A stretch of 64,000 nt of DNA from a virus (IMGVR_UViG_2524614764_000005:1-64000), one strand, 5' to 3'; positions 41,391 to 52,342 are shown, counted from the stretch's first letter. The notes: a model not told the origin generated them from the letters alone. Made by a program: numbers and translations.

Positions 41391-43163
41391 TTAGAAATAT
41401 ACTAAATCATCTTCTTCGTCAAAATTGTTTTTGGTCAGGCGCTCACTCTCTAAGTGTCTCGCCAAATAATTCCCATATGCCAATGAGGAGTATCTGTCTT
41501 TCCTCTTGCCAGATTTCTCTTTAATCTTTATAAAACCACCAACAATTTCGTGGTTCAAGTTAACCAATTCGTTTACAAGAAGAGTTGTTTGTATGTAAGG
41601 GGTTTTCATTCTGACTTTATCTTCAATATCAGCATTTTTGTATGAGGATTTATCCGAGAGGAAGTCACTACCTTCAATTTCACTAATTAACAACTCGATA
41701 TTCGAACTTTGAAGATTCACACGTAATGCAGAGGCGATTTCGTGGTTTAATTTAGTGTTTCCTTTAATTGAATATACAACAGGTAATGGATTGGGAGTCT
41801 TTGCTCTTTTTCTCATTTCTTCATCATTAAAAGCACACCAAGCCTCGTATTCAACATCTCGCTCTTCATCATAGTTTACTTTTGCTAGAGCATCATAAAC
41901 TGACATTCCGTTTCCGTGGGTATCTAAAGCAACGTAGCTTGCTTGAAAATCTTCAAATAACTGCTTGATTCTGATTGCTTGATCCTCAGTGTGGTTTCCC
42001 TCTAAAGTTTCTATGTAAGGAACCTTACGTTGGTATTTATCACCATTAGGCAATAGTCTCATACACGTTATAACGGTGTTATCATTTGCATCTCCACCCA
42101 TTAACGCCACATCGACGCTAAGTATTCTAATTTCTCCATCTTTAAGCTTTTCTTTTCTTTTTTGTTTTTGAGTGGAATATTCAATATTGGTGATAGGATA
42201 GAAAGGCTTTTTGAGCGTTCTGTTTTTTGTTATATCATCTAGTTTATATAGGGCGTTTGAGTTTTGACCATACATTAGATTTTCATATTCCATAGTGAAT
42301 GAAATTTCGTCAAAATCAGAACTTTCTCGGTCTTTGTCAATTCTTTCTTTTGAAAGTAAGCCATGATAAATTGAGGTTAAGTAGTCCAGCGAGAAAATCA
42401 TTGTGTCTCTACCTTTTAACATCGCATCTCTTGCAGCCTGCATAGATTTCCACATCCAGTTTGATGTGTAATGAGCCGAAGATATGTAAACTTCGATATT
42501 TTCCTCTGTAAGATGACGATACTTCTCTTTCTTGAGATAGGGAGGCTGTCTATACACATTTAAGAAAGGTTTCAAAACAGTTTTGAGGACATTTTCATCA
42601 ATCATTCTAAATTCTTCAAGAATTAGGATGTTTCCACGATAACCACGAGAATTTTCATTAGATGTAACGGCTTCAATTGTGGATCCGTTGTGAAAAACAA
42701 CCATTGCTTCATTTGAGGAGGATCTTATTTGTTTTATTTCTCTACTTAAGTTAGGGTATTGCATTAATTCCTTCTCGATTTTTTCGGTAATAATTAATTT
42801 TGCTTGTTTTTTAACACCAGAAGCAATCACAACTTTTGTGTTTGGGTAAAGCACACATCTCGCACATGCAAAGATTGCAATCATAAATGATTTAGATAAA
42901 CCCCTTGCAGCTACTAACATAAAATAAGTGTTGATATTCATGAAATACAATAAAATTTTTTGGAACAAAAAAAGGTCTATACCAAAGTAATGTTCAACAA
43001 ATCTGTGGGTGTTGAGTCTATAGAAAGTTGTCCATTTTTTAATCTGCTGACGCATATGATTGTCTGAACTTTGATTTTCTGATAACTTTGAAACACTTGT
43101 GGTTTGTTCGAGGTAGTTTTGTCCTTTAGATTCTTTGTTTCTCTTAATTTGAAAATTTCCCAT
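41391..43163 (-). CDS. yonF: Terminase large subunit
   Basis: AARGLSKS Walker A, ILILEEF Walker B, LSVDVA and KDRYSS nuclease motifs. Confidence 0.92.
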   Translation of the reverse strand: MGNFQIKRNKESKGQNYLEQTTSVSKLSENQSSDNHMRQQIKKWTTFYRLNTHRFVEHYFGIDLFLFQKILLYFMNINTYFMLVAARGLSKSFMIAIFACARCVLYPNTKVVIASGVKKQAKLIITEKIEKELMQYPNLSREIKQIRSSSNEAMVVFHNGSTIEAVTSNENSRGYRGNILILEEFRMIDENVLKTVLKPFLNVYRQPPYLKKEKYRHLTEENIEVYISSAHYTSNWMWKSMQAARDAMLKGRDTMIFSLDYLTSIYHGLLSKERIDKDRESSDFDEISFTMEYENLMYGQNSNALYKLDDITKNRTLKKPFYPITNIEYSTQKQKRKEKLKDGEIRILSVDVALMGGDANDNTVITCMRLLPNGDKYQRKVPYIETLEGNHTEDQAIRIKQLFEDFQASYVALDTHGNGMSVYDALAKVNYDEERDVEYEAWCAFNDEEMRKRAKTPNPLPVVYSIKGNTKLNHEIASALRVNLQSSNIELLISEIEGSDFLSDKSSYKNADIEDKVRMKTPYIQTTLLVNELVNLNHEIVGGFIKIKEKSGKRKDRYSSLAYGNYLARHLESERLTKNNFDEEDDLVYF

Positions 43164-43990
43164 TAATCTTTCACATCAAAATCTTTAGATATATTGAATA
43201 TGTTTTTGAAAGGACGGACAAACCATTTTTGAATATACTTGTTAAACTGATCGAAGTCTTCATATTCTTTCTTGTTTTCAAATGCTTCGCAAGGCTCTGT
43301 TTGTTCAACAGATTTAATCCACAAACCATAAGCGGAGAGACCCTTGTCATCATTTGCTCCTGTGGACTGTATGGGTTTTATATTCCCGTCATTGTGTAAT
43401 TTGGAAGAAAGTTCAAGTAAATCCTTGTATTGCTTAACATTTCCGTTAGCTAATTCTTTATCAGCCTGCAGGTGAACCTTTGCAATGTTTCTGTATAAAT
43501 TTATTTGGACAGGGGTGTCAGTCGCATAGTTTTCACTATAAGAGCGGTAAAAGTTAATCAAATAATCTAGATCCTGTCCACTGTAGCCATTTCCCCATAT
43601 CTTATCTTCATTAACTGATGATGTTTCGATGTCTTCGTCAACAGAGACGGTTTCTTTCACGCTAAATTCACTGTCAGACCAATTCTTACTCTTATAATCT
43701 TTCATCCCTATGTTTTTCATGTATATACCTAGCACATTTCCAGTTGCCTTCTTTTTAGCCTCATTCAATGATGAAATCCATAAATCATAAATAAATGGAC
43801 GATCAATCATTCTGAGAACGTGTTGCAGACTTTCCATTTTACTACCAGATTTTTTAAATTCATCAACTAGACATTTCTTACAAACAGATAGTTTTCCAGT
43901 AGAAAGGTGGAAAGGGGATTCTGACAAGTAAAATTGTGTTTGCAATTGCTGCTTTCCGCAACATGTACAGGTTAATTTACTAGTAGCCAT
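43163..43990 (-). CDS. yonG: Putative terminase small subunit YonG-like (Zn finger)
   Basis: CxCC..CKKC; coupled to the large subunit. Confidence 0.7.
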   Translation of the reverse strand: MATSKLTCTCCGKQQLQTQFYLSESPFHLSTGKLSVCKKCLVDEFKKSGSKMESLQHVLRMIDRPFIYDLWISSLNEAKKKATGNVLGIYMKNIGMKDYKSKNWSDSEFSVKETVSVDEDIETSSVNEDKIWGNGYSGQDLDYLINFYRSYSENYATDTPVQINLYRNIAKVHLQADKELANGNVKQYKDLLELSSKLHNDGNIKPIQSTGANDDKGLSAYGLWIKSVEQTEPCEAFENKKEYEDFDQFNKYIQKWFVRPFKNIFNISKDFDVKD

Positions 43991-44069
43991 TGCTTCAGTT
44001 CACCTCCAATTAAAAATAAAAACACATTTTACGAAACGCCCAGATTGACTAGACGTTTTAAAAATGTGT

Positions 44070-44660
44070 TTAAGCAGTATAGAATCCGCCTAAAATTTCA
44101 ATGTTTTTATTTTCTTTGATATACTGCAATTGTTTTTCACTGACAGATTCATCAATTAATATCTTTCCTCTTCTACCATTAAGTTGATCAGCTGTTAATA
44201 TGAACTCTGTTGTTGTATCTTTGAGTTGCCAGATACCGCTTTTCTCAAGAAGAGCTCGGTATAATTCACGATATAATTTAGCGATAGTTGCATTTCCCAC
44301 CACAATCAGCGCACTATCATCGTAGCAGCAGTTGAGAAGAATAGTGGTTTTACCTTTGCCCCTGTCAACTTTAGCGTTAACTTGTGCCAATTTTGGCTGT
44401 GCTTCCCTAAACCTTTTATTTAATTCAGAGTCCACTAAACCAAATCGGAGCTTATCTGTTGCATTTTCTACATTCGAGAAAAAGTTATTGTCACCGAATC
44501 TAATGATAGGTTTTTGTTTAAAAACAATTCCATGTAATTTTGATAGAACATCATTGATTTCACGGTCGCATCTATACCCAGTTTCCTTCAGCCTAGTAAG
44601 TACTTCTAAGTGTTCACGCAAGAATTCAATATGTTCTTTGTTTTGGTTCTCGATCATCAT
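44070..44660 (-). CDS. Hypothetical protein with P-loop-like segment
   Basis: RGKGKTT and ILIDE motifs. Confidence 0.6.
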   Translation of the reverse strand: MMIENQNKEHIEFLREHLEVLTRLKETGYRCDREINDVLSKLHGIVFKQKPIIRFGDNNFFSNVENATDKLRFGLVDSELNKRFREAQPKLAQVNAKVDRGKGKTTILLNCCYDDSALIVVGNATIAKLYRELYRALLEKSGIWQLKDTTTEFILTADQLNGRRGKILIDESVSEKQLQYIKENKNIEILGGFYTA

Positions 44661-44704
44661 TCATCATCCTCATCAATAAATTAAGTTAAAATTAAAGTTT
44701 TATA

Positions 44705-44800
44705 TCAATTAGCAATCATTAGTGACAGTACGTTCTTGCTATCATCAGATAAATCGTGCCAATGTTCTGCTAAGATACGAATAAATTCATTACCAGACAT
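44705..44800 (-). CDS. Small hypothetical protein (31 aa, MSGNEFIRILAEHWHDLSDDSKNVLSLMIAN)
   Basis: Read by hand; AAAGGGA RBS. Confidence 0.45.
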   Translation of the reverse strand: MSGNEFIRILAEHWHDLSDDSKNVLSLMIAN

Positions 44801-44813
44801 TTAATCATCCCTT

Positions 44814-46013
44814 TCACTTACTGTTATTGAAACGAATTATGTATGTAGCTTCAATACCTTCTTCATCAAATACCATGAATTTCTGTGAAGGCTTAGTTCC
44901 AAAACGTCCTTGCATAGCGTAGTCATCAGCGCCTACCAAAGCTCCGTTTACAACTACAGTAGTGCTGCCGTATTCTTTTTCGTAATTGTGGTGAACATGT
45001 CCACCGAATATGTAAGAAGGAATATAACCAAGTAATTGAGGTAATCGTGTCACGCATTGATCAACACGATCATAGTGACCATGCACAAACACCACTTCTT
45101 GATTTTTAATTTTTGTAGGGATGAAACCGTCTTGTTCTTGTTCGAAAGTGATATTTGGAAAGTGGCTGAGGCGTGCTTTTAAGTACCAGTTGATGAAATA
45201 CTCAAAGTTCTCTTTGATTCCAACATCATTTTTCGAAGGGGATAAGCGACCATGGTTTCCTGCTACGCTATAGAATTTAACATGCTCAAACTCACTAGCG
45301 AATGCCGCTAAAATTTCAGCTAATGTTTCAGTAACATACTGAGTTTGCTCAACAGAGTCAGTATTAGCTTGAACTCGTGTTGAAACATGAATCAATCCAC
45401 CGATCAAATCACCAAGGTTGGCTACATGCAGAGTTGAAATTCCGTTTGTTTTTCCATGTTTAATAACGTCCTGTGCTAATTTTTGAACTCTTTCATTGAA
45501 AACTTGTTCGTTGAAGGTGTTAATACGATTATCGATATCCATTCCAAAATGCCAGTCACTGAATAATGCTAGACCGTGCTTATCAGAAGTTGAAGGGGGA
45601 GGTGGAGAGAATGTAAGAGGGCGCTTTTTCTCTAATTCCAAAATTGCTTCAGTCATATCATCACGAATACGATCGAAGCGAGCAGAGTTTCTAATCTTCT
45701 TTGTGAACTCTCTATTCTGATCACGTCTACGGACTTCCGCTTTAGCAGCTTCAATTTTAATCTCATCATATTTGTCAACAATTTCTTGTTCAAGATTCTT
45801 GTTTACATGGTAATCAGCCCATCTGCGGTATTGAGCAAAGTCTTTACGCCATTTACTTTCTCCATAGTTCTCACCAGATTCTTCATTTAGCAAATCTCTA
45901 ATAACAAACTTGTCGATTTTATAATCGTGTTTATTTGTATGTAATCTAATAAAATAGTCGTCAAAGCTTTCGTCTTTTCCACGTTGTAATTCTGGATTTG
46001 TAATTACGCTCAT
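44814..46013 (-). CDS. yonJ: Calcineurin-like metallophosphoesterase YonJ
   Basis: SDWH, LGDL, GNHG, VHGH, GHVH motifs. Confidence 0.85.
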   Translation of the reverse strand: MSVITNPELQRGKDESFDDYFIRLHTNKHDYKIDKFVIRDLLNEESGENYGESKWRKDFAQYRRWADYHVNKNLEQEIVDKYDEIKIEAAKAEVRRRDQNREFTKKIRNSARFDRIRDDMTEAILELEKKRPLTFSPPPPSTSDKHGLALFSDWHFGMDIDNRINTFNEQVFNERVQKLAQDVIKHGKTNGISTLHVANLGDLIGGLIHVSTRVQANTDSVEQTQYVTETLAEILAAFASEFEHVKFYSVAGNHGRLSPSKNDVGIKENFEYFINWYLKARLSHFPNITFEQEQDGFIPTKIKNQEVVFVHGHYDRVDQCVTRLPQLLGYIPSYIFGGHVHHNYEKEYGSTTVVVNGALVGADDYAMQGRFGTKPSQKFMVFDEEGIEATYIIRFNNSK

Positions 46014-46027
46014 TAACTCACCAACCT

Positions 46028-46219
46028 TTACTCTTTGTCTTTAACAGGCAAATCATTTTCTTCCTTAATTATAATGCTGACCTGTTTTCCATTAAATTCA
46101 GATAAAATTTCTTTGAAGTCGTATGGAAGTTCCTCGTTACTTTTAACTTCGATGACTTCCATAACATCCATATCGAAGAATCCTTTTAAATTAACTTGAT
46201 TAGTCTTTTTACTTGCCAT
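46028..46219 (-). CDS. yonK: YonK family protein
   Basis: Recalled similarity (MASKK..QVNLKG..ILSEFNGK). Confidence 0.85.
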   Translation of the reverse strand: MASKKTNQVNLKGFFDMDVMEVIEVKSNEELPYDFKEILSEFNGKQVSIIIKEENDLPVKDKE

Positions 46220-46259
46220 GTTAATACCTCCAAAATATATGTAATTTTATTTAAACCGA

Positions 46260-47170
46260 ATAAATTCCTTCGGATGTCCAATGCCGACACATTGGAACAC
46301 CCGAAAAAGGAGAGAAGAAGGGGGATAAAAAGAAATGTCGGAAGGGTGCTGGGGAAACACCCGAAGGAATTTACTAACAAAAATAACCTCATCTTTATAA
46401 GGTAGGGCTGTACGCTGATTGCGGGTTCAGCGATTGAAACCTTTGTAGTCGACAGACTTTAAGTAAGTCGATAGGATAGTAGCTAGTGAAGCACACTTTC
46501 TGGCACGTATTTTAACTCCCCGCCAGCGGAGAAATCATCGCTACTTGATGATTTGATATTCTGTGGGATTTCTTTTTTTAACGTGGGGCAGTCCCTACCA
46601 CCAATACATAATTATCAATAGAAAGGTAAGACCCATGATAATCCTTCCTGAGACAAATTCTGTTGCACTTGTCAGGTCACACGCCCTTATCTACATACAT
46701 TGCGTGTAGATCGCCAGTCTCTTATTCTGCATGGTTTTTCCTTACCTTGTGTGAGAAGGTACATGCTTGGGGAAAATTTAGTTTAAAAGAAGATCGGACG
46801 CATCCAATCACCTTAAGTGAAGGCCTAAGCACAACACTTCAATTAGTTTTAATTGTCGAGCAAAACGCCTCCTATAATAAGCCCCTGCTAGGATACAGTC
46901 GCATTTATTTGAGCGTAAAGACTTATTGGCATTTGTAGCCCGATAATATTCATTTGGTATAAGTTGAAGAAGGGGGTGTCCAAACCTATATAAATGAATA
47001 TTATCCGACTCAGGAGTAGCCATCTCCTATAAACAGAGTCAGACCTATCTTAAGAAAGGGAGTGAGACAGTTTGGAGAACAAAATTGTACAGGGTAGTCA
47101 ACCCACTAATGACTATTATCCTATTAATAATCATTAGTCAGCCACGAATACCCCCATATTCGTGATAGAC
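46260..47170 (-). ncRNA. Candidate large structured non-coding RNA
   Basis: ~900 nt without a credible ORF, higher GC than flanks, dense hairpins; strand inferred from operon. Confidence 0.5.
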
Positions 47171-47209
47171 CTCTAATATTGAAGAAGTGTGTAATTTATT
47201 TAGATAAAA

Positions 47210-47485
47210 TTAACCTTTTACAGCATCTTTAAGTGCTTTTGCAGCTTTAAACTTCGGTGCTTTAGTTTCAGGAATATCGATTTCTTCACCTGTTGAAGGG
47301 TTTCGGCCTTTGCGAGCTGCACGAGTTGTTGATTCAAAACCACCAAAACCTGCGATCTTAACTTGTCCACCTTCTTTTAACACAGATGTGATTTCATCTA
47401 AAGTCGTTTCAATTACCGAAAGTACTTCTTTCTTAGTAAATCCTGTCTTCTCAACCACAGCTGAGACTAATTCTGTTTTATTCAT
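47210..47485 (-). CDS. yonN: HU-family DNA-binding protein
   Basis: MNKTELV..GFGGF..RKGRNPSTGEEIDIP. Confidence 0.95.
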   Translation of the reverse strand: MNKTELVSAVVEKTGFTKKEVLSVIETTLDEITSVLKEGGQVKIAGFGGFESTTRAARKGRNPSTGEEIDIPETKAPKFKAAKALKDAVKG

Positions 47486-47613
47486 TCTTATTCCTCCTGA
47501 TTATATGTGTAATTTGTATTTTGAAAATTGGGGAGGGGAGATATACTAACCTTTTTAATTTGGATATTTGCTTTTTACCTCCCTTATGACGATTATCTCC
47601 AAAAGTGGTCTAA

Positions 47614-47707
47614 ACCCTTGTGGTTGTAGGGCTGAAGCCACTTTTTATTAGTGTTATTTTTGCACAAAAACGCTGTATCCCTTGTGGCTCTAAGGCTGAA
47701 GCCACTT
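47614..47707. repeat. 29-bp imperfect direct repeat cccttgtgg-N-(a/g)ggctgaagccactt
   Basis: Copies at ~47614 and ~47679. Confidence 0.8.
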
Positions 47708-47708
47708 C

Positions 47709-50240
47709 CTAAACCGTCATTTTTGTTCTGGATGTATATGATTTCTGTCTTTTTCTATGTTTTTCTTTTTCAATTGCGACTGAACACTTTGAACAAAAAC
47801 TAGAGTTGTTTGAGGTAGGCTTATACATTTGTCCACACTTTACGCAACCTTTGAAAGTTTTTAAATTCCTTTTTAGATTATTTAGTATGGTCTCACCAAA
47901 ACATTCCCACAACGTTGCTTTATACCTGCTTTTCTTTTTGTATAGATGTTTCACAAGAACATCCACAACATACTGTTCATCGCCATTTATTTCAAGTAGC
48001 TTTTCTCTAATGAGCTTATAAACGTACAATTTCTGATTCGGCTTAGTTTCTTCATTATTAGTAAGCCATTTTTTATTGCGATCAAGCTTTATGTATTCAC
48101 TAACCAATTCTTCATCTTCTTTAATACGTTTGTTTTTTAATAAGAAGTTATAATCGAAATGTCCAGCAACGGCCTTGAAATTAATCCTATCAGTTGGAAT
48201 GATTTCTTCTAGTTTATTTACTGTACTTTCATTAATAGACTGTACAGAAGAGATATCCTTATCTTTAGCATGAACAAAGAAGAAAGGCACTTTGTCTTTT
48301 ATGTAATTTTTAATTTGTTTGTCAACATTGTCTGGTCTTGTAGGCATAAACAAGGTTTTTGCATAATCAATAGCGAAGTTATTTTCAGCGCATAGCCATT
48401 TGATAACATTAATATTAACTGAAGAACTGTTCCAGATCTTCGTTATATTGTTACTATACTCGCCAATATTAACTGCATAGGCATTTGTCAAAGATTCATA
48501 AATATTTTCACTATTAATAATCTGTTTGTTTGCAACACCCATTTCATAATAAAGGGGGACGATGTCAGCAACATGCTTCTTTGCAATATTAACAAAGAAT
48601 GTATCTGATATGATCAGCGCTTTATCTCCGTCATTGTCAAACTGGAGCAATTTTGAGATTGGATCATGAACACTTGTATAAACTCCTTTAGTGATAAACC
48701 AGTCATCTAAAAGCTCATTTCTAACATTCTTTCTAATACCATGCTCACGATAAAGATGAGGGGAGCGAAGTACATCAATTTCTCCTTCATCATAAAGCGC
48801 ACAGTAAACATTGCTACCATCCAACAAACCATTTGGATGTTCAATTCCCAGAAAAAGTTTTTCACAAAAAGCGTATAAATCAGGGCAGAGATATGTGTAC
48901 TTGGAGTTTTCAATTTGCAGCTTGCCTGATTTTGCGTCTTTTACAAGACTCTTTTTCTTATTCTTAATGGTTTCTTTGACATGATCATCATTCAATAGTT
49001 GAGGATAGAGAAGTAATGCATTTTGCAAAGGCGATCTGAATTTTCGATTCTCAGTAGCCCCCATAATTTTTAACATAATATCTTTATCATTACCAATAGC
49101 CTTTATTTCCTCAACAGTTTTGTTACTAATAGACTTGAGCTCATCATGAGTAATATCAGTAAGGGTTTGAAGCATTTGATATGTAAGTTTCCCCTCAACT
49201 GAAGGATCTTCTTCATTTAATTTTGCACCTAGACAACCGTACAGAACAAATTTTTCTTGATATTCGCTCCAGGACTTATAATATTTCCACATCTTAAATT
49301 GTGATTTAGTGAAAATAATCTGGATATCATCTTTCTTAATATCCCATACCTTACCGTATATGTCAGTAATTTGTGTTTTGTTATGTGTTTCTGCAAAACG
49401 ATGAAAGTCGAAGGGCACTAACAGTCCTTTAACCCACGGCAGTCTGACCATAAAGCTTTTACTACTGAGCTTAGGTGATATAATTCCACAACCATCAGTA
49501 TGTTCAATAGGAATGTTCATTGTCTTTCTAGTAATCTCATATGTATTTCTATCAATGTAATCAACTTCACTCATTACATTAGTCTCTAAGTCATCAACAA
49601 CAACAGTTTTACTGATATCAATATCCCAATGGCTGCTGGCACTATTCGATAAAGCGAGGTAAGCATTCCATTTATTGATATTCATCCCACCATTAGAATT
49701 GATATCTTCAAGACTGAGGCCACATGTTAAAGCATTTTCAAATTTATCGTATGTAGACTTCTTAATAAAACAAGCTTTTTTCGTTCGTATTTGCCCAGCT
49801 GAACTCGTAAAGTAAACATAAAGTTCATTATTATGTACAAAACCTTTATCAAGAATACTCTTGAACACCTGGAAATGGTATACCTGAACCACAATTACAT
49901 CATCAGAGAAATTGTTTTCTTTTATACCTAGAGTTCGAGTCATAACTGAATCAAACATAGCGATCTTTTTATTATCAGTTAATGTATCGGCTCTAAGCAT
50001 TCGTACACTTTCATGTTCACTGAAGGCTTGATTTAACTCCTGTTTTAATTTAGCGATTCTGTTTTTTATGTATTTCTTATTTTTTTTGGTATCCCCATTA
50101 TGTGTTTTAAGCAAATCTCTATATCTATAAGACTTTAAAATCTTTCTATGTAATAAATTTTCCCGATCATTATAAAAACTCGAAGTATCGAGACTATAAA
50201 TAAACACTTGTTTGCTTAAATCATTTGTTTTTCTCCCCAA
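47709..50240 (-). CDS. yonO: Single-subunit two-barrel RNA polymerase YonO
   Basis: QFDNDGD catalytic motif, HTDGCG, VLRSPH. Confidence 0.93.
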   Translation of the reverse strand: MGRKTNDLSKQVFIYSLDTSSFYNDRENLLHRKILKSYRYRDLLKTHNGDTKKNKKYIKNRIAKLKQELNQAFSEHESVRMLRADTLTDNKKIAMFDSVMTRTLGIKENNFSDDVIVVQVYHFQVFKSILDKGFVHNNELYVYFTSSAGQIRTKKACFIKKSTYDKFENALTCGLSLEDINSNGGMNINKWNAYLALSNSASSHWDIDISKTVVVDDLETNVMSEVDYIDRNTYEITRKTMNIPIEHTDGCGIISPKLSSKSFMVRLPWVKGLLVPFDFHRFAETHNKTQITDIYGKVWDIKKDDIQIIFTKSQFKMWKYYKSWSEYQEKFVLYGCLGAKLNEEDPSVEGKLTYQMLQTLTDITHDELKSISNKTVEEIKAIGNDKDIMLKIMGATENRKFRSPLQNALLLYPQLLNDDHVKETIKNKKKSLVKDAKSGKLQIENSKYTYLCPDLYAFCEKLFLGIEHPNGLLDGSNVYCALYDEGEIDVLRSPHLYREHGIRKNVRNELLDDWFITKGVYTSVHDPISKLLQFDNDGDKALIISDTFFVNIAKKHVADIVPLYYEMGVANKQIINSENIYESLTNAYAVNIGEYSNNITKIWNSSSVNINVIKWLCAENNFAIDYAKTLFMPTRPDNVDKQIKNYIKDKVPFFFVHAKDKDISSVQSINESTVNKLEEIIPTDRINFKAVAGHFDYNFLLKNKRIKEDEELVSEYIKLDRNKKWLTNNEETKPNQKLYVYKLIREKLLEINGDEQYVVDVLVKHLYKKKSRYKATLWECFGETILNNLKRNLKTFKGCVKCGQMYKPTSNNSSFCSKCSVAIEKEKHRKRQKSYTSRTKMTV

Positions 50241-50252
50241 AAGCGCTCTCCT

Positions 50253-50432
50253 CTATTTGTTATTTTGTCTTTCAATATGTAATGCCAATCTTTTAAATAG
50301 GGTAGAAGACTCGTCCATTTTGCCAAACCATTTGAAGTCTTCGTAAAATGTGTTCTCTTCTTGAGAAGCAATACCATTAACAATCCGATACTCAAGAAGT
50401 TCAATAATGTCCTGCTTGTTACATGATCCCAA
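50253..50432 (-). CDS. yonP: Small protein YonP-like (MGSCNKQDIIELLEYRIVNG..., 59 aa)
   Basis: GAGGTG RBS and TTG start; different frame from the ORF-track call 50216-50440. Confidence 0.6.
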   Translation of the reverse strand: MGSCNKQDIIELLEYRIVNGIASQEENTFYEDFKWFGKMDESSTLFKRLALHIERQNNK

Positions 50433-50469
50433 TAAATCACCTCATTTCAATTTGATATAAGGTGATTTT

Positions 50470-50520
50470 ATATGTAATTTGTATTTTAGTCAATATAAAA
50501 ATATATGTTATTTGTATTTT
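50470..50520 (-). promoter_or_regulatory. Two copies of the AAAATACAAAT(T/A)ACATAT operator (SPBRE-like) upstream of yonP-yonO
   Basis: 50470-50487 and 50503-50520; motif recurs elsewhere in the window. Confidence 0.65.
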
Positions 50521-50539
50521 ATTAAGAGAGACTGATTAC

Positions 50540-50779
50540 TCAGTCTTCAATAATGGAGAAGAGATCATGTATTTCGCATTCCAACGTTTTGCATAATGCT
50601 ATAGCGTAAGGAAGTGATGGGGGATTGGAACAGAAACCTTCATCATTATTAGCACACCAAATAGAAATTCTACTGGAGTTAGTGCCTATTTGGTCAGCAA
50701 GCCACTTCTGTTTAATACCTTTAGAGTTTAGGTAGTCCTTTAAATTGCTTCTAACCTTATATTTCATAATATCACCCAA
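50540..50779 (-). CDS. XRE-family HTH regulator
   Basis: GIKQKWLADQIG..L.CEIHDLF. Confidence 0.85.
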   Translation of the reverse strand: MGDIMKYKVRSNLKDYLNSKGIKQKWLADQIGTNSSRISIWCANNDEGFCSNPPSLPYAIALCKTLECEIHDLFSIIED

Positions 50780-50895
50780 TGAGAATTTTATATTATGTGT
50801 TGTCTTTATTCAAATGTTCAATTAAATTCACTTAAATAGATAAAAAAAGTTGTCTATATGGATAACTTTTGTTACTCTATCAGTGGAGGTGCAGT

Positions 50896-51192
50896 ATGAC
50901 ATATTTTGATGAAGTCGTTGCCAGATTAAATATTGATGATGTATCACTGTTAACATTGCTGCAAGAATGCGGAGCGAACAGGCTAATAAAAGGAATGACA
51001 AAAGAAGACTTCAAGATCGAATCAGTTAAGTTAGACACTCAATTTTCAGAAGCGACTATAAGATCAGCTTTAAGTAAATTAGAGGCACTGCTGCTTATTG
51101 AAAGAGACTCGTCAAGTAAGCACCATAAATTCATAATTACTTCATATGGAATTATGGCCTTAGAATATCATTTGGAAGGGGAAATGATTTAA
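50896..51192 (+). CDS. Winged-helix protein, TubR-like adaptor candidate
   Basis: SEATIRSALSKLEALLLI...ITSYG wHTH; coupled to tubulin gene; GGAGGTG RBS. Confidence 0.6.
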   Translation: MTYFDEVVARLNIDDVSLLTLLQECGANRLIKGMTKEDFKIESVKLDTQFSEATIRSALSKLEALLLIERDSSSKHHKFIITSYGIMALEYHLEGEMI

Positions 51193-52304
51193 TGTACGGA
51201 TTTGTGGGAATTGGTCAATGTGGTGGGAGCATTGCAGATGAAGCAATGAAAAGAGGATATTTCAGTATTGCTGTCAATTACTCTAGCTCAGATTTAAATA
51301 GTTTAGAAGTTGTTGAAGACAAACTAAAGCTAGTTGGATCCGAAGGAGTAGGCAAGGATAGGGAAGCAGCTATAAATTACTTTAAAAATAACTGGGAATC
51401 ATCTGTTGAATTCATCAAAGAAGCAATGGAAAAGCCATCGATTCAAGTAGTGTTCGTAGTCTTTTCAACAGCTGGAGGTACAGGATCAGGAATTGCACCG
51501 ACATTAATAGAATTATTAGATGAATATTTGGATAACAAAACCGTAGTTGCTGTACCAGTCATACCCGATAAAAGTGAAGTAATATTGAATCAACTAAACA
51601 CCGTTGAATGCCTTCAGGAACTGTCAGAAAAACAATTGAATGTAATTCCCCTAGACAATTTTAAAGTGTCTCAAAAGGGCATTAAATCGTTCTCAGAGCC
51701 TATCCTATATCAAAAGGTAAATAAACAATTTATTGATATGCTTGAAGAGGTTGAAGGGTATACAAACCTTCCGTCTAGCTACAGTACATTAGACAAGAAG
51801 GACTTAAATCAAATTTTCAATACTCCAGGTGTGACAGTGTTATCAAAAATGGATTTATCTGATTATAACAAAGGAAAATTCGCAAACACTCTACATGACG
51901 ATATTAAACAGTCATGGCAGCAATCCATTTTTAGCGCAGACACTTTTGATTCATTAGTTAAAGCTGGTGTTATTATAGACGGTAATGCAGATTTAACTGA
52001 TCAGATTAGCTTTAAGAGACTTTTCAGTGAGGGTGAGCCATTAGATTTATTTAAAGGATATTATGATACTGGTAAGAATCAAGTGATTTCAATTTTAAGT
52101 GGACTAGGATGGATTAACGACAGAATGAAGCAATTAGATGACCTGATTGAATCAAGAAAAGTTGAACCAGTAAAAGAAGAGGTATATGTTCCAAAATTTA
52201 ATTCAAAGTCAGCATTTTTAAAGCAGCAGACTAACACCAAAAGGGACGTAAAGCAGGTAAGTAAGGGGAGTTTCTTAGATAAACTTAAATCATTAAAGGG
52301 ATAA
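51192..52304 (+). CDS. Tubulin/FtsZ-family GTPase (TubZ-like)
   Basis: GIGQCGG, AGGTGSG tubulin signature, LDKKDL T7-like loop. Confidence 0.88.
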   Translation: MYGFVGIGQCGGSIADEAMKRGYFSIAVNYSSSDLNSLEVVEDKLKLVGSEGVGKDREAAINYFKNNWESSVEFIKEAMEKPSIQVVFVVFSTAGGTGSGIAPTLIELLDEYLDNKTVVAVPVIPDKSEVILNQLNTVECLQELSEKQLNVIPLDNFKVSQKGIKSFSEPILYQKVNKQFIDMLEEVEGYTNLPSSYSTLDKKDLNQIFNTPGVTVLSKMDLSDYNKGKFANTLHDDIKQSWQQSIFSADTFDSLVKAGVIIDGNADLTDQISFKRLFSEGEPLDLFKGYYDTGKNQVISILSGLGWINDRMKQLDDLIESRKVEPVKEEVYVPKFNSKSAFLKQQTNTKRDVKQVSKGSFLDKLKSLKG

Positions 52305-52311
52305 AACCAGG

Positions 52312-52342
52312 TGAGATGGTCAATTGACTGTCTCATTTTTTT
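52312..52342 (+). terminator. Intrinsic terminator after tubZ-like gene
   Basis: tgagatggtcaattgactgtctca plus T-run. Confidence 0.75.

Noticed and set aside
46186-47023. Short ORF-track calls in the structured region
   Set aside because: No RBS, atypical composition, mutually overlapping.
46260-47170. tRNA genes in the structured region
   Set aside because: No recognisable cloverleaf or TpsiC/D-loop consensus by eye; tRNAscan not run.
50216-50440. ORF-track 74-aa protein MIYWDHV
   Set aside because: Its GTG lies within the RBS; the alternative frame 50253-50432 has proper RBS spacing and does not overlap yonO.
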